64,000 nucleotides of DNA from an uncultured Elusimicrobia bacterium (GTDB taxonomy: Bacteria > Elusimicrobiota > Endomicrobiia > Endomicrobiales > CAIRNS01). The DNA is taken from assembly GCA_903880015.1 (NCBI GenBank), contig CAIRNS010000025.1:36621-100620 (forward strand), given 5' to 3'. This document shows, one piece after another, positions 46,858-54,697 of the stretch; positions within the stretch are counted from its first letter, which is position 1; each line of letters starts with the position of its first letter. A model generated the notes under the pieces. The model was given only the letters and a program-made list of their open reading frames with translations, made no database searches and was not told the origin of the DNA. A program made the position numbers and the translations under genes.

Positions 46858-48512
46858 AAATGAATATGTCAGTACCCTTAAAACTGCTCATTCTTACGCT
46901 GCTTTCAGGCGTTTTTCTGAGCTTGGCGCTGCACAAACTGGATGTGCCCGGGTATCAGACCGACGAAGGTTTTTACACGGTCCCCGCCATGAACATGATG
47001 TACGGGACAAGCATGGATGAGGCCGTTGTCAGTAAGATTCACATAGGCCGTATAACCCTGCCCGTCATGAGCGGGACATATATTGGAAGCACACAAATCT
47101 ATTTACTTCTGCCTTTTATAAAATTGTTTGGCCCTCATTTTACCGCATCGCGCATTATGCCGATTTTTTTCGCGTGCCTCGTATTGTGGCTGACATGGAT
47201 GTTATGTGAAGCCCTCTTCAACTGGCGGATAGCGCTGATGTCAACCGCACTGCTAGCCTGTAACCCTTCATATATACTCTGGAGCAGGATTGGGCTGCAG
47301 GGCGAGGGCCCGCTCCTGGTTTTCCTGTTTCTTTCTTCATTGTTGTTTTTGATGCGGTGGTATACGCGGGGGGGACAGTTGTCTCTGTATAGTGCGGCGT
47401 TTTTGCTGGGGGTGGGGCTTTATACAAAACTTAACTTTATATTTCTTATTATCGCGCTGGCGTTCTCCGCCGCACTGTTTGCCGCAGAACTATCGGCAAA
47501 GATTCGCGGTCGCCATACGCTGATTGCGGGCGGATTCTTTCTCTTAGGTGTATTCCCGCTTTTGTATTACAATATAACGGAATATTTTCCGACTGTGCAT
47601 ATCATAATCGATTCTGTGTTTGACGGCAGTTATGGGGGCGAGAATAACGCTCATATTATTGCCAATGGTATTTTGAGGATAAAACAATTCATTGCTCTGT
47701 TGGGCGGGGGGGCGTATTATACCACCCATATGAAAACACCTAACCCCTGGTATGCGCTCATGTTTTTTATATCGTTTGCCGGACTGGCGGCGATAATTAT
47801 AAAAAAAGGGTTGCGCTCATCGCGAAAAATAGTTGTTATACTGGTGATGGATTGCTTCATTTTCGCCGGAAACTGTTTTACCGTGTCGGGGTTTTACATC
47901 CATCATTTGTTCCTTCTCTTTCCTTTTCCGCTGATAACCATTGTGTTGTTTTGGGACGCCCTTGCCGAACGGGTGAAATCGATACAACCAATAGTTTTGG
48001 CTGTTGCGCTTATCCTTTTTATTTCTGCAGACATCAGTGTTCTTTTCGGCAGATACCGTTATTTTGAAAAAACCGGCGAAAGGGCTGAGTGGTCGGACAG
48101 TATATACCGGCTGAGCGATTATCTTGAGAAGCACAACATTCGCCATCCGGTGACTTTAGACGATCGGATAAAATTTAATACGGAAGTGTTAACGCAGGGG
48201 GGAGTTTCTCCGGTTGTTATAGTTGATATCCCCGTTGAACGAACTATTGCGTTGTTAAAGCACTCCATCGTGCGGGGCGATTACTTTATCGTTCTTTCTC
48301 CGCTTTGCAATACACGCCGTAGTCAGGCCAGTCCCTATACTGACCTTTTTGAAACGGCAAAAGCAGAGCGGTGCACTCTGGCTCTCGTGCAAACATTCAG
48401 CAATAGAGTCAACGAACCGGTCTATTACTTGTATAAAACACAACCTGCTGCGGGGGCACACAGAAGACCTCGGGAGGTACAACGGATCGGGATAGATAAT
48501 CCGGGGCAGTGA
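46854..48512 (+). CDS. ArnT/GT39-like GT-C glycosyltransferase
   Basis: DE motif after the first TM (QTDEGFY), YIG, R....F, GVGLYTKLNF and PLLYYN; periplasmic C-terminus. Confidence 0.75.
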   Translation: MKMNMSVPLKLLILTLLSGVFLSLALHKLDVPGYQTDEGFYTVPAMNMMYGTSMDEAVVSKIHIGRITLPVMSGTYIGSTQIYLLLPFIKLFGPHFTASRIMPIFFACLVLWLTWMLCEALFNWRIALMSTALLACNPSYILWSRIGLQGEGPLLVFLFLSSLLFLMRWYTRGGQLSLYSAAFLLGVGLYTKLNFIFLIIALAFSAALFAAELSAKIRGRHTLIAGGFFLLGVFPLLYYNITEYFPTVHIIIDSVFDGSYGGENNAHIIANGILRIKQFIALLGGGAYYTTHMKTPNPWYALMFFISFAGLAAIIIKKGLRSSRKIVVILVMDCFIFAGNCFTVSGFYIHHLFLLFPFPLITIVLFWDALAERVKSIQPIVLAVALILFISADISVLFGRYRYFEKTGERAEWSDSIYRLSDYLEKHNIRHPVTLDDRIKFNTEVLTQGGVSPVVIVDIPVERTIALLKHSIVRGDYFIVLSPLCNTRRSQASPYTDLFETAKAERCTLALVQTFSNRVNEPVYYLYKTQPAAGAHRRPREVQRIGIDNPGQ

Positions 48513-48535
48513 TACTGTGGGCGGTATGGTGTATA

Positions 48536-49849
48536 TCAGTGTACAACGGGTAATTGTATGGTTACGATTGTCCCTGTACCTTTGTTGCTGGTAATGGCTA
48601 TCGTGCCGTCATGAGCAGTCACGATATTCTTGCATAAACTTAAGCCCAATCCCGTGCCTTTTGTTTTCGTTGTAAAAAAGGGATCAAAAATCTTGTCGAG
48701 CGTTGCCTTATCAATACCGGAACCGTTGTCGTTTATAATGATCTCGATATGCTCTGCATCAACCCGCGCATCAATGGCAATCCTTCCTGTCCGGGATTCA
48801 ACGGCGTCGGCGGCGTTGTTGAGAAGGTTCATGAATAATTCTCTCATTTGCAGCTGATCGGCGTTCAACAGGATGTGCGGCTGTGATGGGAACTCTTTGA
48901 TGATTGTTATCAGTTTTGATGCAAGTCTTCCGTCAACGATGTCCAAACATTCATTAAGCAAATCCTGCAAATAAAAAGTTTCGCGCTTTAAAGGTTTTAC
49001 GGCCGAATAATGCAAAAGATCGTTTATGATAAGATTGCTTTCGGAAATTTTGTTCTCGATGGTTGTCGCCAGCATATCAATTCTTTCCAATAGATCAGGG
49101 TCTTTTCTTTTGAGAATAGCAGTGGCGATTTGTATGGCAGTCAGCGGGCTGCGCAGCTCATGAGCAACCGTTGCGGCAAGGGTCCCTATGTCAGAGAGCC
49201 GTTTTGCCTGATTTAATTTTTCGTTGGCATTCACAAGCTCGGCTGTTTTTGAATGAATCAAATTTTCAAGTTTTTTCTTGTCAGTGGTAAGTATGGTATG
49301 TGCCAGTTTCTGCTCTGTAATGTCCGTGATAGCGACAAGGCATTGCCGTTTGTCGTTATTAGTTGTATTTTCCGCGCAACTAATCTTAAATTGAAGATTA
49401 AAAGGGGCATCCTCGGGATGTGCAATGTTGATCTCTAAGACCTGGGGCGCTTGGGTTTCATAGACATGCTGCAGGCAGGACAAGAATGATTGGCGCTCGT
49501 CAATCGGCAGGAAAACTTGGAGTCTCCTGTTGACAACGGCGCTTCGTTCCACACCGAATAACATACACCCCGCATAATTGATTTCAGTCACCATCCCGGT
49601 ATCGTCAATAGTGCAGTACCCGATGGGGGCGTAATCATACAGGTATCGGTATTTGTTCAGCGCCATCTCCGTTGTGTGCCGCGCCTCTAAAAGCTCGTCA
49701 TTTTGCATCTCAAGCTCAATTTTATGCACTTCGAGCTCGTGGACAGCTTTTACTAAATCTATGCTGATCTTCGCGCTGGTCGCAGGTTTTTGCGAACGCA
49801 ACAACTTTTCAGCGAGTGCACGGAGTGAATTTTTCGCGGGAGCGTTCAT
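48536..49849 (-). CDS. Cytoplasmic PAS-domain sensor histidine kinase
   Basis: N-terminal coiled coil HELEVHKIELEMQNDEL; PAS (YDYAPIGY..IN); H-box AHELRSPL; N-box NLLNNA; DNGSGI; FDPFFTTK; GTGLGL. Confidence 0.93.
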   Translation of the reverse strand: MNAPAKNSLRALAEKLLRSQKPATSAKISIDLVKAVHELEVHKIELEMQNDELLEARHTTEMALNKYRYLYDYAPIGYCTIDDTGMVTEINYAGCMLFGVERSAVVNRRLQVFLPIDERQSFLSCLQHVYETQAPQVLEINIAHPEDAPFNLQFKISCAENTTNNDKRQCLVAITDITEQKLAHTILTTDKKKLENLIHSKTAELVNANEKLNQAKRLSDIGTLAATVAHELRSPLTAIQIATAILKRKDPDLLERIDMLATTIENKISESNLIINDLLHYSAVKPLKRETFYLQDLLNECLDIVDGRLASKLITIIKEFPSQPHILLNADQLQMRELFMNLLNNAADAVESRTGRIAIDARVDAEHIEIIINDNGSGIDKATLDKIFDPFFTTKTKGTGLGLSLCKNIVTAHDGTIAITSNKGTGTIVTIQLPVVH

Positions 49850-52842
49850 ACATGCCCTCCTTTGACTTCGGTAACTTCATCGAAAGCTAAGAGTATCATG
49901 TCCGTTTTTTTATCCTCACTCATGACCCGGCGCGCGTTTAAAATCAACTTTTTATGGCCCAAAGACCGGAAATCATCTTCAACGATATAATCCTTAAAAT
50001 TCTTGTTTTTGTCGAGTACCTCGTGCAGAATAGCGCGCAGCTGCTGAATATCCCATCGTCCCCCCTCGATATGGTACAGGAATTTTGATATGACGCGTGC
50101 GGGCGTGGTTCTAAATAATGTGTAGAATGCATGGTTTGCCGACAAAATATTGAGGTTAGTATCCAGTACTATCAACGCTTCCCGGACAGTATCTACGATG
50201 CCTTCTGCGTATAACCGCGCCGCAAGCAGTTTTCCTTCCAGTTCCTTTTCAAGGGAAATATCGGTAAAAGTAAAAACGACGCCGTCAATGCGGTTGTCGA
50301 TAGTTCTATACGGGAGAATACGCATGATATACCAATGATTGTCGTTTGTTTGAACCTGGGTTTCAAAACGCACAAGATTTGCCAATACTTCACGGGAGTT
50401 CTTGATAATCCCGTCATAGCGCAGATTCATGGCAATGTCCGTTATTGGCCGTCCGATATCCGTCGGTATAAGGCTCATGATTTGCGCCACGCTCGGCGTA
50501 AAACGCTTTATGCACAGGTTGTTGTCTAAAAACAGTGTGGCGATAGCGGTGCTGTCCAAGAGATTCTTCATGTCATTGCTCGTCAGTGTCAGCTCGCCAA
50601 TTTTTTCCTGGTATTCGCTGTTGATAGTCACCAGTTCTTCGTTAAGCGACTGCATTTCCTCTTTAGATGTTGTCAGTTCCTCGTTGGTGCTTTGATGCTC
50701 TTCATTTATTGACTGCAGTTCCTCGTATGCCGACTTATGTTCTTCAGTGGTTTGCTCCATGGCGGTACGCGTCTTAAGCAGTTGATCCTTGGTGCTTTTT
50801 AGTTCTTTTTCAAGTTGAACCAAAAGGAGATGCTCTTTGCCCGGAGGCAGCATCTTTATCTTGTGCGTGTCGGTCTCTTTTAAAAAAGATTTTTCCTGAA
50901 ACACCACCAGCAGTGACCCGCGGGGATGTCCATGGGGCTGCAGCGGTTCAACGATCAAGTCGATGGACCGGTAACCGCCGGTCACTTTTATCGGCAAATC
51001 GTGCATCATGACCTTTTTGTTGTCCGTACCGGCAGAATGTATGGCGCCGTAGAGTTCGGGACGAATTGCCTCGTGCACCATTTCAAAAATACTCATGGTT
51101 GGCTGACCCACGGGAAGCTCAAGATATTTGCCGGTTTTCCCGGTGATTAAGAGTACATTGCCTTTTGCATCCACCACGACCGAGGGGGGGGTGAACGATT
51201 TCAGCAGCAGGCGGTTGGTGGTTTCAACCATACTTTCGTTCGTTTGCGTTGTTGGCTGTTTTGATCTGCCGCTCTCAGGCAAGACAGTCGACGCTAAATC
51301 TGTGTCAAAATGCCTGAGCAGGCTGTTGGACGCTATCGCACTTTTGCTTCGTTTGAATATCTTAAAGCGAGCGTCGAACGGGGTGAAATACTCTGCTAAT
51401 TCACCGGTGCTTTCAGCGGTTCCCAAAAAGAGAATGCCTCCGGGATTGAGTGAATAATGGAACAAAGAGATGACTCTCTGTTGCAGTTTCGCGTTCATAT
51501 AAATAAGAAGATTTCTGCAGGAAAGCAGGTCAAGGCGCATAAAGGGGGGGTCTTTGTGCACATCGTGTTCCGCAAATATCACCATGTCTCTGATTTCACG
51601 CTTTACGCAATATTTGTTATCTTTAAAAATAAAGTACTTGTTGAGCCGATCCTGCGAAACATCGCCGCGGATGGCGGCGGGATAGCACGCTGTTCGTGCT
51701 TTGTCTATGGATTCCCGTTTGATGTCAGTCGCGTAAATCTGAATCAATCCGATGCGGTTTAATTTGTCAAAGTATTCTTTGATTAAAATGGCTATTGAGT
51801 AGGCCTCTTCACCCGTCGAACAGCCGGGGACCCAGATACGCACCGGGCTATCCAATGTTTTTGTTTTAAGAACCGGGGCAAGCGCTGCGCGCAACGATTC
51901 AAATCCTTCAGCATCCCTGAAGAACTTGGTGACGCCAATGAGGAGTTCTTTGAAAAGTATATCGATTTCCGACCGGTTTGTCTGCAGAAACAATACATAG
52001 TCGGAAATATTGCGGATATCATTTACTTCCATCCGGCGCTCTATCCTGCGATTGAGGGTAGTTTTTTTATATGCGGAAAGATCGTGGCCGGTATGATGGC
52101 GTACCAGAAGAAGTATCTTCTGAATTGCATTGGTGGTCGCGTCATAAGTGGTAGTTGCTTTCCATTGAGCGGATAACAACAAATTCTTTGCGAACCGCAT
52201 TAATTTTATCGGCATATCCTTGATCGCCAGCACGGCATCAACAATCCCGGTACTGATGGCGCTGGTCGGCATCCCGTCATATTTTGCCGTTTCCGGGTCC
52301 TGAACTATCACCATCCCCAAATTTTTCTTGATTGCCAGAATCCCTTTTGTACCGTCAGATCCCATACCCGAGAAAAGAATGCCCGCCGCCCAAGAGCCGC
52401 GGTCCTCGGCTAAACTGCGAAAGAAATAATCTATGGGCAGGTGCAGTCCGTCCGTTTTCATGGGGTCGAATAATTGGAATTTTCCGTTGAGCATGGCAAT
52501 GTCTTTGTTGGAGGGGATAATATACACCGTATTGCGCAGAATCTTCATGTTGTCTTGCGCCTGCAATACTTTCATCGCCGTATCGCGCTGGATCAGTTCG
52601 GGCATTGATCCTTCGCGGGACGGGTCAAGATGGGCGACAATGACAAATGCCATCCCGCTGTCGGGCGGCATAATTTTAAAGAATTGCTCAAAGGCCTCAA
52701 GCCCTCCCGCCGACCCGCCGATACCGACGACCGGGAACATGGTGATTTCAGAAGATGCAACGGGAATGTTTTTCTTTGTGCGAGCTTTTACAGCCGGGGT
52801 GGTGCGCCGAGATTTTGATTTTTTGTTCGCTTGTTTTTTCAT
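49846..52842 (-). CDS. CheB methylesterase / CheR methyltransferase / coiled-coil / PAS-PAS fusion
   Basis: CheB triad motifs GGSAGG, AHL and SGMGSDG; CheR motifs VTKFFRD, WVPGCSTGEEAYS, ATDI and CRNLLIY; NEELQS heptads; two PAS domains; no receiver domain. Confidence 0.95.
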   Translation of the reverse strand: MKKQANKKSKSRRTTPAVKARTKKNIPVASSEITMFPVVGIGGSAGGLEAFEQFFKIMPPDSGMAFVIVAHLDPSREGSMPELIQRDTAMKVLQAQDNMKILRNTVYIIPSNKDIAMLNGKFQLFDPMKTDGLHLPIDYFFRSLAEDRGSWAAGILFSGMGSDGTKGILAIKKNLGMVIVQDPETAKYDGMPTSAISTGIVDAVLAIKDMPIKLMRFAKNLLLSAQWKATTTYDATTNAIQKILLLVRHHTGHDLSAYKKTTLNRRIERRMEVNDIRNISDYVLFLQTNRSEIDILFKELLIGVTKFFRDAEGFESLRAALAPVLKTKTLDSPVRIWVPGCSTGEEAYSIAILIKEYFDKLNRIGLIQIYATDIKRESIDKARTACYPAAIRGDVSQDRLNKYFIFKDNKYCVKREIRDMVIFAEHDVHKDPPFMRLDLLSCRNLLIYMNAKLQQRVISLFHYSLNPGGILFLGTAESTGELAEYFTPFDARFKIFKRSKSAIASNSLLRHFDTDLASTVLPESGRSKQPTTQTNESMVETTNRLLLKSFTPPSVVVDAKGNVLLITGKTGKYLELPVGQPTMSIFEMVHEAIRPELYGAIHSAGTDNKKVMMHDLPIKVTGGYRSIDLIVEPLQPHGHPRGSLLVVFQEKSFLKETDTHKIKMLPPGKEHLLLVQLEKELKSTKDQLLKTRTAMEQTTEEHKSAYEELQSINEEHQSTNEELTTSKEEMQSLNEELVTINSEYQEKIGELTLTSNDMKNLLDSTAIATLFLDNNLCIKRFTPSVAQIMSLIPTDIGRPITDIAMNLRYDGIIKNSREVLANLVRFETQVQTNDNHWYIMRILPYRTIDNRIDGVVFTFTDISLEKELEGKLLAARLYAEGIVDTVREALIVLDTNLNILSANHAFYTLFRTTPARVISKFLYHIEGGRWDIQQLRAILHEVLDKNKNFKDYIVEDDFRSLGHKKLILNARRVMSEDKKTDMILLAFDEVTEVKGGHV

Positions 52843-52889
52843 TGAGTGGTCTCTTTAGTTGTCCGTTCGCCTACGACATTTACCGATAT

Positions 52890-52919
52890 ATTATAGCTAA
52901 TTGATTTCTGGGTAGTCAA
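52890..52919 (-). promoter_or_regulatory. Sigma70 promoter for the cheBR-kinase operon
   Basis: On the minus strand, TTGACT (52919-52914), 18-bp spacer, TATAAT (52895-52890). Confidence 0.7.
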
Positions 52920-52951
52920 GACGGGATGAAGTGGGGGCAGCGCTGGTGGTC

Positions 52952-52981
52952 TTGACAACGCAAATAGTATCGTGGTATAAT
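52952..52981 (+). promoter_or_regulatory. Consensus sigma70 promoter of the hrcA operon
   Basis: TTGACA (52952-52957), 18-bp spacer, TATAAT (52976-52981), with extended TG at 52973-52974. Confidence 0.88.
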
Positions 52982-52982
52982 G

Positions 52983-53009
52983 TTAGCACTTACAGCAATA
53001 GAGTGCTAA
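52983..53009. promoter_or_regulatory. CIRCE operator (HrcA binding site)
   Basis: TTAGCACTT-ACAGCAATA-GAGTGCTAA, one mismatch to TTAGCACTC-N9-GAGTGCTAA, directly upstream of hrcA. Confidence 0.97.
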
Positions 53010-53030
53010 AAATAACTTTAAAGGTACCAG

Positions 53031-54098
53031 ATGAGACAAGTTAATCCGGTTGTCGTCAAAGAACGGAAAAAGAGGATTCTTCAGGCAGTTATCCATCAGT
53101 TTATCAAGACCGGCCGGCCGGTAGGGTCAAATTTGTTGACTGAGGATTACAGCTTTGATTTGTCCCCGGCGACTATACGGAATTTGATGGCGGAACTGGA
53201 AGAAGAAGGGTATCTGACCCATCCGCACACCTCTTCCGGCCGGACGCCGACCGATAAAGGGTACCGCAATTATGTTGATTCGTTGCGCGAAATCCAGCGC
53301 TTAGTGCTTGATGAAGAAGACCGCATCCGCAGTGAATATGATGTGCGCATCCGGGAACTGCAGGACATGCTGGTTCACACCAGCCGTATTTTATCGGGAT
53401 TATCGCAGTACACCGGCTTCATTGTGACGCCGAACATTGACAAAAATCTTCTCCAGCACCTGGAACTGGTAAAAATAGCTGAAAACAGGATTTTGGTGGT
53501 CCTGGTAACCACAACCGGGCTGGTAAAACATAAAATTGTTGAGTCCCCGGTTTCCGCTGAAAAGCTGGAAGTCCTGACTCGGATGCTCAATGCCAAATTG
53601 CGGGGGATGTCGCTTATCGATGCTAAACGGCAGATTATTGCTGAACTGGATGTTATGGAACGCCAGGAAAAGGAATTGATGGCCCTGGCGCAAAGTTTGG
53701 GCCGTGATCTCTTTACCATTGAAGAGGACATATATATTGATGGGGCGGCAAGCGTCATGACGCTGCCGGAGTTCCATGATTACGAGCCGATGCGCTGTTT
53801 ATTGCGGCTTAACGATAAAAAAGGTTTGCTGCGGCAGGTTCTTGATGACGATCACAGTACGGGGGAAGTCAAGGTGCTCATCGGTTCCGAGGCCTCGTGC
53901 GCAGAATTTAAAGATTTGAGTTTGGTGACATCGGTGTATAAGGACGGGGACACCCCCATCGGCGTGCTGGGTATCATCGGTCCCAAACGGATGGAATATC
54001 CCAAAATGATGGCCTTGGTCAGAGCGGTGTCGCATATCGTCAACACCATGCTCGCAAAAAAAGACAATGATGAAGGAGGCATGAGTGGACATAGATGA
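53031..54098 (+). CDS. hrcA: Heat-inducible transcription repressor
   Basis: PVGS, SPATIRN.MA.LE..GYL..PHTSSGR.PTDKGYR.YVD and GIIGPKRM.Y; CIRCE upstream. Confidence 0.97.
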   Translation: MRQVNPVVVKERKKRILQAVIHQFIKTGRPVGSNLLTEDYSFDLSPATIRNLMAELEEEGYLTHPHTSSGRTPTDKGYRNYVDSLREIQRLVLDEEDRIRSEYDVRIRELQDMLVHTSRILSGLSQYTGFIVTPNIDKNLLQHLELVKIAENRILVVLVTTTGLVKHKIVESPVSAEKLEVLTRMLNAKLRGMSLIDAKRQIIAELDVMERQEKELMALAQSLGRDLFTIEEDIYIDGAASVMTLPEFHDYEPMRCLLRLNDKKGLLRQVLDDDHSTGEVKVLIGSEASCAEFKDLSLVTSVYKDGDTPIGVLGIIGPKRMEYPKMMALVRAVSHIVNTMLAKKDNDEGGMSGHR

Positions 54099-54633
54099 TT
54101 CGATAAACAGCGTCAGTGACGACGCGCGCGACGATAAAGTCGCTGAACTGGATATACTCAGGCAGTCGCTTGAAGACAAAAAGAAGCAATCGGACGACTA
54201 TTACGATCAGCTTTTGCGCATGAAAGCGGAGTTTGACAATTACCGCCGCCGGACGGAAAAAGAACGCTCGACGCACATTTCCTGGGGCAAAGAAGAAATT
54301 TTGCTTAAACAGGTAAGTATTCTTGATATTCTGGAACAGGCGCTGGCAAGCACCAAAACTTCGATGAATGTTGAAAGTATACTGCAGGGATTGGAAATGA
54401 TCACCCGGGAATTCGTCCGGATGCTTTCCAGCGAGGGGATAACGGAAATGGAGTGTGCCGGCAAGCAGTTCGATCCAGCCTTGCACGAAGCGTTTGAACA
54501 GGTGGCAAGCGATCAGCCGGAGGGAACTATTGTTGCGGTGCTTCAGAAGGGGTATATGATGAACGGGCGGGTGGTTCGTCCGGCGCGGGTGCAGGTAGCC
54601 GCGGTGCAGGTGGCAGACAGTACTATTGAGTGA
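54085..54633 (+). CDS. grpE: Nucleotide exchange factor GrpE
   Basis: LR.KAEFDNYRRR, FDP.LHEA and QKGY.MNGRV.RPA.V.V; GTG start after GGAGG. Confidence 0.96.
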   Translation: MDIDDSINSVSDDARDDKVAELDILRQSLEDKKKQSDDYYDQLLRMKAEFDNYRRRTEKERSTHISWGKEEILLKQVSILDILEQALASTKTSMNVESILQGLEMITREFVRMLSSEGITEMECAGKQFDPALHEAFEQVASDQPEGTIVAVLQKGYMMNGRVVRPARVQVAAVQVADSTIE

Positions 54634-54697
54634 TGCAGACGCGCTATAAGCGCATATTAACAAAGAAACCGTTACTATTAAACAGGAGGAGAGTATC

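Noticed and set aside
48536-52842. Chemotaxis operon
   Set aside because: No cheA, cheW, cheY, MCP or flagellar genes in the window.
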